Shown one piece after another: positions 8,401 through 17,073 of a DNA stretch of 32,000 bases. A program made the position numbers and the translations under genes. The number at the start of each line of letters is the position of its first letter. Positions within the stretch are counted from its first letter, which is position 1. The stretch is from assembly GCF_000195855.1 (NCBI RefSeq), contig NC_002677.1:3060001-3092000 (forward strand). The letters are read 5' to 3'. This stretch comes from Mycobacterium leprae TN (GTDB lineage Bacteria > Actinomycetota > Actinomycetes > Mycobacteriales > Mycobacteriaceae). The notes under the pieces are model-generated. The model saw only the letters and a program-made list of their open reading frames with translations. It searched no databases and was not told the DNA's origin.

Positions 8401-9774
8401 ACCACCCGAGCCTACGGTGAAGCCGACACGGTCGACATCCTTGGTTCGGCATATGCGGCCACCGACGGCAATCCGGCCACTTCGTGGACGGCACCGCAAC
8501 GGGTGGTGCAGCACAAGACCCCTCCGACACTCACCCTCGTCCTTCCGCGGCCCACCGAGGTCAACGGGCTGCGGCTAGCACCCAGCCGGTCGGCACTGCC
8601 CGCGCGTCCGACGCTAGTGGCGGTGAACCTGGGCAATGGCCCACAAGTTCGAGAGTTGCAGGCCGGTGAACCACAGGCGCTTTCGCTGAAGCCCCGAATA
8701 ACCGATACTGTCACGATTAGCCTGCTCGACTGGCACGACGTCATCGACCGCAACGCGCTGGGTTTCGATCAGCTCAAACCACCAGGGCTGGCCGAGGTTA
8801 CGGTGCTCGGGACCGACGGCAACCCAATCGCACCTGCCAACGCCAGCCGCAACCGCATCCGTGAGGTCACAGTAGACTGCGATCACGGACCAATCATCGC
8901 GGTCGCAGGCCGATTTGTGCACACTTCGATCCGGACCACGGCAGCAGCACTGCTGGATGGCGAACCGGTCGCCGCGGTCCCCTGCGAACGCGCCCCTATA
9001 GTACTGCCGGCAGGCCAGCAAGAGTTGTTGATCAGCCCTGGTGCCGCGTTCATCGTGGATGGGGCGCAGTTATCGACTCAGGACGGAACAGAATTGCCCA
9101 GTGCCAGAACAATTTCCGCCGATACCGGCAAGTGGGGTCCCAGTCGGCGCGAGGTGCGCGCCCCCGGGTCGGCCACCTCCCAGGTATTGGTTATGCCCGA
9201 CAGCATCAACCCTGGCTGGGTGGCTCACACCAGTACCGGAGTCCGCTTGATGCCAGTTGCCGTTAACGGATGGCAGCAAGGTTGGCTAGTGCCGGCGGGG
9301 AACCCCGGCACCATCACGCTGACCTTCACCGCTAACTCGCTGTACCGACCTGGCCTGGCGGCGGGGCTGGCATTGCTACCGCTACTGGCCTTGCTTGCCT
9401 TATGGGGCAGGCGAAATGAACGGGCTGCTGACGCGGCAGCGCAACCATGGACACCTGGAGCCTGGTCCGCGGTCGCAGTGTTGTCGGCAGGAGCGGTTAT
9501 CGCCGGCGCAGCCGGGGTTGTTGTGGTCGGTGCCGCTCTCAGTTTGCGGTATGCGTTGCGCCATCAGCAGCGGTGGCGCAACGGCCTTACCGTCGGTTTG
9601 AGCGCAGGTGGGCTGGTTTTAGCCGGCGCAGCGCTGTCCCGACAGCCGTGGCGATCGGTCGACGGATACTCCGGACATTCCGCGAATGTTCAACTACTAG
9701 CATTAATTTCGCTCGCCGCATTGGCCGCATCAGTGGTGTCGCCGCGGTGTGGCAGCACGGGGGTAGCTACTTGA
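5452..9774 (+). CDS. aftD: Arabinofuranosyltransferase AftD (GT-C membrane glycosyltransferase with a large extracytoplasmic domain)
   Basis: Uninterrupted 1440-codon ORF. It has an N-terminal polytopic region (FAQSPGQISPDTKLDLTTNPLRFL..., many TM helices), a long soluble middle region and C-terminal TM helices. Synteny with lpqI/Rv0236A. The true start may be ATG 5566 (MSRWWLVLVG..., giving 1402 aa, close to the ~1400 aa of Rv0236c). Confidence 0.9.
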   Translation: MRSGTATREEAEQSSSGPAAAATEAGPVKTLADSSVAAMSRWWLVLVGVVAVALTFAQSPGQISPDTKLDLTTNPLRFLARATNLWNSDLPFGQVQNQAYGYLFPHGTFFLIGQLLGSPGWITQRLWWALLLTAGFWGLLRVAETLSIGSPTSRAIGAVAFALSPRVLTTLGSISSETLPMMLSPWVLLPTILALQGAPGRSVRTRAAQAGLAVALMGAVNAIATLAGCLPAVIWWACHRPNRLWWRYTGWWLLALCLATLWWVVALVLLHGVSPPFLDFIESSGVTTQWSSLVEMLRGTDSWTPFVAQTATAGTPLVTESVAILGTCLVAAAGLAGLASTGMPARGRLVTMLVIGVVLLSAGYSGGLGSPLAQAVQAFLDSSGAALRNVHKLESVIRTPFALGIAGLLGRIPLPGSAPVLVWLSSFAHPERDKRVAATVAVLTALLVSTSSAWTGRLTPPGTFSAIPQYWHDTSDWLSEHNTGIPTPGRVLVVPGAPFATQVWGTSHDEPLQVLGNSPWGVRDSIPLTPPQAIRALDSVQRLFASGRPSVGLADTLARQGISYVVLRNDLDPDTSRSARPILVHRAIAGSPQLEKVAQFGAPVGTNMLKGFVADSELRPWYPAVEIYRVAVSDGTNPGKPYFADTDQLPRIDGGPEVLLRLDERRRLLGQPALGPALMTADAQFAGLPLPSRAEVTITDTPVARETDYGRVDQHSSAIRAVNDARHTFNRVPDYPVPGAEMVFGGWSGGRITASSSSSDATSMPDVAPATSPAAAIDGDPATSWVSNALQPAVGQWLQVDFDHPVNNAVITVTPSATAVGAQVRRIEIETVNGTTNLRVDEAGKPLAVALPYGETPWVRITAAATDDGSSGVQFGITDLTITQYDASGFAHPVNLRHTALVPGSPPGWAVAGWDLGSELLGRPGCAPAPDNVRCAASMTLAPEEPVNFSRTLTVPYPISVTAMLWVRPRQGPKLADLIAEPKTTRAYGEADTVDILGSAYAATDGNPATSWTAPQRVVQHKTPPTLTLVLPRPTEVNGLRLAPSRSALPARPTLVAVNLGNGPQVRELQAGEPQALSLKPRITDTVTISLLDWHDVIDRNALGFDQLKPPGLAEVTVLGTDGNPIAPANASRNRIREVTVDCDHGPIIAVAGRFVHTSIRTTAAALLDGEPVAAVPCERAPIVLPAGQQELLISPGAAFIVDGAQLSTQDGTELPSARTISADTGKWGPSRREVRAPGSATSQVLVMPDSINPGWVAHTSTGVRLMPVAVNGWQQGWLVPAGNPGTITLTFTANSLYRPGLAAGLALLPLLALLALWGRRNERAADAAAQPWTPGAWSAVAVLSAGAVIAGAAGVVVVGAALSLRYALRHQQRWRNGLTVGLSAGGLVLAGAALSRQPWRSVDGYSGHSANVQLLALISLAALAASVVSPRCGSTGVAT

Positions 9775-9799
9775 CGAGCGATAGCTACACATAGCGTGC

Positions 9800-10530
9800 A
9801 GTATTTGCAAGTTTATTGACGAATTGCTTTGGTGCACAGGTAAAGTACTTCCTCTAAGTTGCCGACAAACAGGATGGAGCGTGCAACTAGGCAGCAAAGC
9901 GCAGATTTCGTTACACCGAAACAGATGTTCGCGCCGCACACGACACCGGAGCTGTGATCCTTCATGACCCGAGACTCGAGTCGGCTACGGGAGTGCCAGG
10001 CACGGTCTACCAGTTGTATTGGCGGGATTTCCACAAAACGGATTTAATTGCCGGGGAGACAATCCCAACCCTCGAAGAACTCCTAGTCACACTCCCAGAT
10101 ATGCGGGCCAACATCGATATCAAAGCTGCCTCGGCAATAAACCCGGCTGTCAACGTCATCGAGCTGATGTATGCGCGCTTTCGGTACTGATCGGTTCGTT
10201 CTCTGATCAGTACCGAAAGCGCGCAGTACGTCTGCTGTCTAATCGGATCCGCCAGCACGGCGGACACGGGTACGTTCCTAGCGTTCCTGGCGGCGCAAAC
10301 GGCCCGCAGCCAGGCAGCTGCTAGGCGGATGTTGCACGACAGTGACTGCTTCCAGTTGCTTGGCTTTGGGGTGTGGCTATAATTAGCCGGTAAGCATGCA
10401 GGCGGGGGACGCTTCAGCTTACCTGGTTCATGCCTGGACGGTTGATGAGCCGGTCACAATGCACCCACTTCTCGACATCAACGTGGCCGGCCGGCGGTTG
10501 CTTCCGCGACTATCACCGGTATTGGGGCCA
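9800..10530 (+). pseudogene. Glycerophosphodiester phosphodiesterase (GDPD/UgpQ-like) pseudogene
   Basis: GDPD motifs are split across frames and interrupted by stops: YTETDVRAAHDTGAVILHDPRLESATG...GETIPTLEELL...ANIDIKAAS (9912-10190, ending at an in-frame TGA) and LVHAWTVDEPVTMHPLLDINV (about 10415-10480). Confidence 0.6.
10172..10225. repeat. Perfect palindrome P1: 21-bp arms, 12-nt spacer
   Basis: 10172-10192 tgcgcgctttcggtactgatc is the exact reverse complement of 10205-10225 gatcagtaccgaaagcgcgca (checked base by base). It lies inside the GDPD pseudogene, and the first arm supplies the in-frame TGA. Confidence 0.95.
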
Positions 10531-11588
10531 TGGGATGGTTTACGGCACACGAATATTGGCTGGGCGCCACTTGGTGCTCGAGCATGGCGCGGCAGCCATC
10601 TACCGCATCGCGTTTATGGCAGCCGCTACGCAGTTTCAGGCACTCATCGGGGAGAACGGGATGCTGACGGTGCTGCGATTTCTGGCTAGGCGGTCCTTCT
10701 GGAGATCACTGAACGTCTTTCATACCCGCTACTACGATGGGTTGTTCACCATTGCCTTCCGGTTCGGCGCGGCAATTGCGGCAGCTATCGTGGTCGTGGC
10801 GGCAGACTTGGCACCGTTGTGAGCCACGATGCCGATGCTGCTGACGCGCTGGGACCTTTACCTTTCGATGTCGGCTGGGCGAGCTAGTTGCTGTACGGGC
10901 TGGCGAGCCTGCTAGTTCTACCACTATGAGACACAGGCGATGCCGGGGCCGATCAGTTGGTTTTCTACCATCTACCCAAGCCACTGCACCGAATCGAGGT
11001 GTCGGGTAACTATTTTTTCCCCAGATCATCGGCCTATTCTGGTTGTTCACTCCACAGCAGATTGGCCAGCCTAGCTAAGGCGCTTATCGGTCGTCACCAA
11101 GCTGTGGCTAGTGGCATCGGACAACTTCATCTGACTCGATTAGCTGACGGTAATACTGGCCCGCAGCATGATAGATCAGTCTTGGGTCCTTCAGTGGCCG
11201 GCAACACCCCTACCCACGCAGCCGTTACTGCTGGCGTCGCAGTCGTGGTTCACCGTCTTGGCGAACATGTTCACCACCGCAGTTCTGTTCTTAAACCACA
11301 CACCTGTACGCAGCAAACTATCGTTTCATCAAAAAATGAACATGTTGTTCAACCCATTTCACCTCGTGTCGTGAACACCTACGGAGCTTTCGGCAGCTTT
11401 GGCTGCATTCACCGGTAACTGGTGATCGAAGGCACCGAAGAGACGACCATCAACAAGACAGATCCATAAGGAATACGAGTTCAAAAGCAAGCCCGGCACT
11501 ATATGCCGGTTGCAGCATCAATAGGTGCTCTATTAACTACGACCGGATCGCGGTAGCGCTGGAGATTAGCGAACGGCACGTAGTGATT

Positions 11589-11626
11589 TTTGATCAAGTG
11601 CAAGATCTATCTTGCACTTGATCAAA
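11589..11626. repeat. Perfect palindrome P2: 18-bp arms, 2-nt spacer
   Basis: 11589-11606 tttgatcaagtgcaagat is the exact reverse complement of 11609-11626 atcttgcacttgatcaaa. It lies in the C-terminal remnant of the ThDP-enzyme pseudogene. Confidence 0.95.
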
Positions 11627-12317
11627 TCGTAACCACCGTCCTCCCATATAAACACCACAAAAAGTATATGTTCTCGAATGGCTATCTCGCTTGTCTACGA
11701 GTTCCTCATTAACTCACCCTCACCAACAAAAGCCAACACCTTCGAGTCCGGCTTGGCCCACACCTCCATACCGCCGAGCAAAGCCATCAATAAATAATAC
11801 ATTTGAGGCCAAAAGACCAAAAAATGTTGTGCTGATACGTCGGGTACAGCTGCGCCATTCCATATCTTGATGACACCGATGTCCACCAGTCTGACATCGC
11901 CGCTGTCCATTGCCGAGCTAGTATAGGCGACTCCCGCTGGGGAGCTAGTGGAAACCTCGAATCCTGTCTCCCCGAGCTAATTACTCAGCAGGCAGACCAG
12001 ATCCTGTCACTGCGACATAGCCGCCGAAGCAGTATCCGGCGATCTCTAATGTGAGCGTGTGGAGAAAAGAACTTTGGTGTAGCAGATTATCCCGACACTC
12101 ACTGAATAGCGCATGTCGAACTCGGTCAGTGTCGCCGCAGCGGATTAACCCAGACGGGATTAAATTCCGCAATCAAGTTCTGAAGCACCTCAGTTCCCCC
12201 ATGTAGGCTCGCCAGCGAGTGATCAAGGCAAACATCAAAACCCAGTCGACTTATTACTGGTGCGACTCCATTATAATTATATTGACGACCCTGGCCCAGC
12301 TGAACCGAGATCACTAC

Positions 12318-12368
12318 CAGCGGGATGCTGGTGGTGGTGTCAGTGACACCACCACCAGCATCCCGCTG
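12318..12368. repeat. Perfect palindrome P3: 25-bp arms around a single central base (51 bp)
   Basis: 12318-12342 cagcgggatgctggtggtggtgtca is the exact reverse complement of 12344-12368 tgacaccaccaccagcatcccgctg. Both strands therefore translate to ...RDAGGGV(T/S)DTTTSIPL..., as seen in ORFs 12126-12392(-) and 12219-12413(+). Confidence 0.95.
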
Positions 12369-12683
12369 CATGTTGATCACACCAGGGACCAAATTCCACC
12401 GTACGACAGGTAAGCTACCTAATACATCTACATCTTCGCCATGAACGCCGTCGCTCGTTCATCCCGGAGTAAGTACGTGCCTGATGTGTGACGCCGCCAA
12501 TGCCTGCACGAAACGGATGTTTCCCACACCGGGTATCCCGAAGTCGACCGAGACAACCTCGCTTTCCAGGCACTTGACCATCGGTTGAACGACTGTGCTC
12601 ATCCAACATCTCCCCGGGGACACGATACTGGCAGGCTATACCCAGATGTTTCACCAGCCAGCCCAAATGAAGGAGAGGTCAGC

Positions 12684-14057
12684 ATGTCGATCGCCACCAT
12701 CAACCCGGCCACCGGCGAGACGGTCAAGACCTTTACACCGACAACCCAGGATGAAGTCGAGGATGCGATTGCTCGCGCCTATGCGCGGTTTGACAACTAC
12801 CGTCACACTACCTTCACTCAACGGGCCAAGTGGGCTAACGCCACCGCCGACCTGCTCGAAGCTGAAGCCAACCAATCCGCCGCCCTGATGACCCTCGAAA
12901 TGGGTAAGACGCTGCAGTCAGCTAAGGATGAGGCAATGAAGTGCGCCAAGGGTTTTCGCTACTACGCTGAGAAAGCCGAAACGTTGCTCGCAGATGAGCC
13001 GGCCGAAGCCGCCGCCGTTGGTGCGTCGAAAGCATTAGCCCGTTACCAGCCGCTCGGTGTGGTACTGGCTGTTATGCCGTGGAACTTTCCGCTGTGGCAG
13101 ACTGTTCGGTTCGCTGCACCGGCGCTGATGGCAGGCAACGTCGGCCTCCTAAAGCACGCGTCAAACGTGCCGCAGTGCGCGTTGTACCTCGCCGACGTCA
13201 TTGCCCGTGGCGGCTTTCCGGAGGACTGTTTCCAAACGCTGCTCATCTCGGCCAATGGTGTCGAAGCCATTCTGCGTGATCCCCGGGTCGCGGCGGCCAC
13301 CCTCACCGGTAGCGAACCAGCCGGCCAGGCGGTCGGCGCCATTGCGGGCAACGAGATAAAGCCCACTGTGCTAGAGCTTGGCGGCAGCGACCCTTTCATC
13401 GTGATGCCCTCGGCGGATTTGGATGCGGCAGTTGCCACCGCGGTTACCGGACGGGTGCAGAACAACGGCCAATCCTGCATCGCCGCCAAGCGGTTTATCG
13501 CCCATGCCGACATTTACGATGAGTTCGTCGAAAAATTCGTCGCCAGGATGGAAACGCTGCGAGTGGGTGACCCTACCGACCCGGACACCGACGTCGGTCC
13601 GCTGGCCACTGAGTCGGGCCGCGCCCAAGTCGAACAACAAGTCGACGCCGCAGCAGCAGCAGGCGCAGTGATCCGTTGCGGCGGTAAACGTCCCGACCGG
13701 CCGGGGTGGTTCTACCCACCGACCGTGATTACCGACATCACCAAGGACATGGCACTCTACACCGACGAGGTCTTTGGTCCGGTCGCCTCAGTATACTGTG
13801 CCACAAACATCGACGACGCCATCGAAATCGCCAACGCTACCCCCTTTGGGTTGGGTTCCAACGCTTGGACGCAGAACGAGTCCGAGCAACGACACTTCAT
13901 CGACAACATCGTCGCCGGGCAGGTCTTCATCAACGGTATGACGGTATCCTATCCCGAATTGCCGTTCGGCGGTATCAAACGGTCAGGCTACGGCCGAGAG
14001 CTGTCGACCCATGGGATCCGTGAGTTCTGCAACATCAAGACAGTTTGGATCGCATAG
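12684..14057 (+). CDS. gabD1: Succinate-semialdehyde dehydrogenase GabD1 (NADP-dependent aldehyde dehydrogenase), 457 aa
   Basis: ATG at 12684 sits 5 nt after AAGGAGAGG (12670-12678), in frame with ORF 12585-14057. ALDH motifs: VLELGGSDPFIV, the catalytic Cys in NNGQSCIAAKR, and PFGGIKRSGYGRE. The length equals my recollection of Rv0234c (457 aa). Confidence 0.9.
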   Translation: MSIATINPATGETVKTFTPTTQDEVEDAIARAYARFDNYRHTTFTQRAKWANATADLLEAEANQSAALMTLEMGKTLQSAKDEAMKCAKGFRYYAEKAETLLADEPAEAAAVGASKALARYQPLGVVLAVMPWNFPLWQTVRFAAPALMAGNVGLLKHASNVPQCALYLADVIARGGFPEDCFQTLLISANGVEAILRDPRVAAATLTGSEPAGQAVGAIAGNEIKPTVLELGGSDPFIVMPSADLDAAVATAVTGRVQNNGQSCIAAKRFIAHADIYDEFVEKFVARMETLRVGDPTDPDTDVGPLATESGRAQVEQQVDAAAAAGAVIRCGGKRPDRPGWFYPPTVITDITKDMALYTDEVFGPVASVYCATNIDDAIEIANATPFGLGSNAWTQNESEQRHFIDNIVAGQVFINGMTVSYPELPFGGIKRSGYGRELSTHGIREFCNIKTVWIA

Positions 14058-14950
14058 AACAGCCTAACCTCACGCCTAATCTAGCCTCGGTCATAACATG
14101 ATTCGAGAAAAATTGGCAACTTCGAGGAAGTATTCCTCTTCCTGTAGATGAGTTGTGCAGCTGAAATGCTCTAATTTTGTGTACTGGACCCGTGGAATCC
14201 GCTGCACGAAAAGAAACGACGCATAGGTCGGGCGCTTCATCGTAGCGCACATCGATAACGAGAGTGGTCACGGTGATCCGATTAAGCTGATCTACAACGG
14301 ACCACTATTTCAAAGCGCCCGCGCATGTAACACTCATTGGACCCAGCCGTCGCGTGATAGAAGACAGTCTGATCTTCTTTCACTGCGTCAAAGCTAGCCA
14401 CCAAGTACGGCGGGTTGGGAACCGGCGGCACACATGGCGGTCGTAAAACACCTAGTTGGTTGCCAAGATACTCCGCGAAATCCGTTGGGGTAGTGCTGCA
14501 GGTATAAGTTCGGACCGCAACTGGTTGACCCCGCCCCACCATAACCGCATAAACTCAGGTGTTTTAGCGAGTATCATTCCCCGAAGACCCGGAGACTGAC
14601 ACGGCATTGCTTAGCGAGGAGCATTCGACCCAGGAGTTATCTAACAGATAGTAATTATCGGCTATCTCAAGATCTGTAAGTAAGCAAACCAACTCGTCAA
14701 AGAATCAGGTGGACCTTCCAAAATTCAGGATCGGTGTTAGGGGAACTGAATTGATCGCACCGACCTAAACTGGTCGTAGTGGATGACAGTGCTTAATTAG
14801 CCGGGAGATCCGCGGCAGATAGGCGGTGCACTACCATGGACAACGACCAAAAGCGCGCGTCCTAGAACAGCTTTTCTAGCCCGCCGATGATGTGCCGTCA
14901 AGTGCGTCTACGAAGAATTTCAGGGTTAAGCTTCCAACGTGCTAAGCGAG

Positions 14951-14994
14951 ATCGTCATCCCTCTCCAAGTAAATCGTCATCCCTCTCCAAGTAA
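14951..14994. repeat. Perfect 2 x 22-bp tandem duplication (atcgtcatccctctccaagtaa)
   Basis: 14951-14972 is identical to 14973-14994. It is flanked by an imperfect inverted pair, agcttccaac (14929-14938) and gttgggaagct (15001-15011). Confidence 0.9.
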
Positions 14995-15124
14995 ACTAGT
15001 GTTGGGAAGCTCAGTTTGACCCGTCGGGTTACAGCCGCACACGTTAGCCCGTCGCGAAACACGGCCTGCATTCGGTGTGCTAATCCATTCCGCGTGCAAA
15101 CTACCAGGGGTCTGGCGTTGTCGA

Positions 15125-16060
15125 TTAAAAGGCTGCCAGAGTCCGTTTGTCCTCAACGGCTAAGCTGTCCTCCAGTTGCAGCGGCGAATAGTCGACATCG
15201 ATCTACTCCAGCAGCCATCCGCGAGCACTGCTGATTGTCCCTTACCCGTCGCACCCCTTCGTCGCTGGAGTACTGCATGAACTCGTCAACCGACAAACCG
15301 AACGGGATGTCGGCGTCGTAGAGCGCAAAGCCTTCTTGGATGCGGCACAACACTAAATAAATGAACTGATTTATCCGCGTTTCAAACGCCGTCCAATTAG
15401 CGGCGACAGATGAAGGTGCCTCACGCCATATGGTGTCGCTTGTCATCGTCGATTCGGCAGACCAATTCCTGCACGCCGGGAATAACAGCGCCCTATGAAA
15501 ATCGTAAGCCAGGAGTAGCATATCACCAACGCCAGTACGCCTTCGACGACGTGGTTGCAGATGACTGATGCCCGAACCTGTACGGCCGATGAGTGATCCG
15601 TCAACAATACCTCGAGGAATTCCAGCAGCTCTGGATAGAAGAAGATCTTACGGGTAGGGCGGAATTCCATCGAGGTAACGATGCAGATCGTAGCTGATAC
15701 CTACGGCGTCTAGCCATAAGCGGAATACCTGCGTGCGTTTGGGTTGCTCGATCGCGACCTCCGGATACATCTCTTCTCCCAGCCACCCTTCGGCGCGCAT
15801 CGCGCTCATGAACAGCTGGCTGTCCTTGGTGACTGCTTTTTCGCCGGTGGCGAACTCGTCGCACAGCCGGGTAGTAGCATCGCCCTCATGGTCCGACAGG
15901 GACTATGGTAGTCCTCACTGCCGCGAGAGAAGTCGTATCGGCTGGATTACAAAACTTTGCGTTTCCGCAGGCACACAGCTTCAAAGGCAAGCTCTCCCTG
16001 TTGAATCAGCCCACAACGAGCTATCCTATGCATGTGTGTTCACGATATTGAACTCCACGG
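15125..16060 (-). pseudogene. R2-like ligand-binding oxidase / ribonucleotide reductase small-subunit-like (Rv0233 nrdB-like) pseudogene
   Basis: Minus-strand fragments in several frames match the R2lox order as I recall it: [142 protein letters not shown]. Confidence 0.7.
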
Positions 16061-16529
16061 ATCATATCGAGACCGATTGTGTAGAAGCAGGTTTCGATGA
16101 CACAGTGAAGGCCGCCGCCAACACTACGATAATCCGGAGCACGGCCAACACTGGATTGTCGGGAGTTAGCGTGTCCCGTCCCAGGACCGCATCCATACCG
16201 CGCAGGCATAGATCCCCATATGCAGAAAAATCATCATCAGCACCAATAACAGCGCGGCTGTATCACAGTCCGCATGCAGCTCACCTGCGCGCACCACCGG
16301 CCGCAGCAAGTCCAGGCAGTGGCAATGAACTACGGTCCCCACACTGACCCGGGCAACGGCGGCCAACGCCAAAGCCGCGACGGCATGGAGCCCCCTAACA
16401 TCGATGACCATGTAATCATTCTGGTGTAATCTAACATAATAGTAAAACGCGTTGTCGGCTGGCCGTCAGAAGAGCACGCCGACGAACGTTAAGTTGGCCG
16501 CACGCTGGATAACAACAGCGGAGAAGGAA

Positions 16530-16839
16530 TCAGTCAAGGTCTAGTTCGTCGATGCGGATTGCTTGCAAGAGAGCAGATTCCTGAGCGAGAAACACGGTAA
16601 CCGATGTGTTAACCCAAAGCGGGGGGCTAGTGGAGATGGACACGATGTTGTCGCAATTGACTACTGAGGCCTGTTGTAGGCCGCTCTCGTTACCGACAGG
16701 CACCTCAGTCGACAGGTACACGGACAATGCTGGGGACTGGCACGACGGTAACGCGAGACAGATGCGGCCGGAAGAGTTCCGGGATCAGCATCAAAACGGG
16801 GCGCGCCTTGTCCAGATGTGCGGCGTGAATCGGCCGCAT
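16530..16839 (-). pseudogene. MazF/PemK-type toxin remnant (one frameshift near 16705-16727)
   Basis: MRPIHAAHLDKARPVLMLIPELFRPHLSRVTVVPV... continues after a frameshift as ...EVPVGNESGLQQASVVNCDNIVSISTSP...LDLD*. The total of about 103 codons is typical of MazF. The start overlaps the end of the upstream antitoxin remnant. Confidence 0.55.
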
Positions 16840-17073
16840 AAGTTCAGGCCTGGCGGAAGTTTCACCACATACCCAACCAGGGCATCCAGATCCGGACCAG
16901 TTCCCATAGCGGTAAGTTTCTGGGCATCGCGGGCTGCGATCTGGATTCACCGTTCGCTTTCAAGTGCACGCAACACCACTGCAGCGCAGCTCGGTGCGTG
17001 CTGCTCACCGACTCCCTGATTCCAGGAAGACGACGATGTCATCGGGTAACCGCACAGCAATCTGAGTGCTCAT
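16840..17073 (-). pseudogene. Ribbon-helix-helix-type antitoxin remnant (premature stop plus frameshifts)
   Basis: Minus-strand ATG at 17073 gives MSTQIAVRLPDDIVVFLESGSR* (stop at 17005-17007). This is followed in shifted frames by GEQHAPSCAAVVLRALESER and IQIAARDAQKLTAMGTGPDLDALVGYV. The AVRLPD...SRAxVVxxAL...ARDA pattern is typical of antitoxins paired with MazF-like toxins. Confidence 0.45.

Larger units (their letters stand above)
11440..12602 (-). pseudogene. Thiamine-diphosphate-dependent enzyme (acetolactate synthase-like family) pseudogene, shortened and frameshifted
   Basis: Minus-strand ATG at 12602 gives MSTVVQPMVKCLESEVVSVDFGIPGVGNIRFVQALAASHIRHVLTPG* (ThDP N-domain). This is followed, in shifted frames, by HERxxAFMA, VPGVINM...SIPLVVISVQ, the ThDP-binding VLAFVGEGELMRNS* (a GDG-type motif) and VVFIWEDGGYDLIK. 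Total length of about 390 codons against about 550 expected implies internal deletions. Confidence 0.6.

Noticed and set aside
15733-16347. ORF 15733-16347(+) (204 aa)
   Set aside because: It runs antisense to the R2lox-like pseudogene fragments and has no recognisable domain. Long open frames are expected by chance in this composition.
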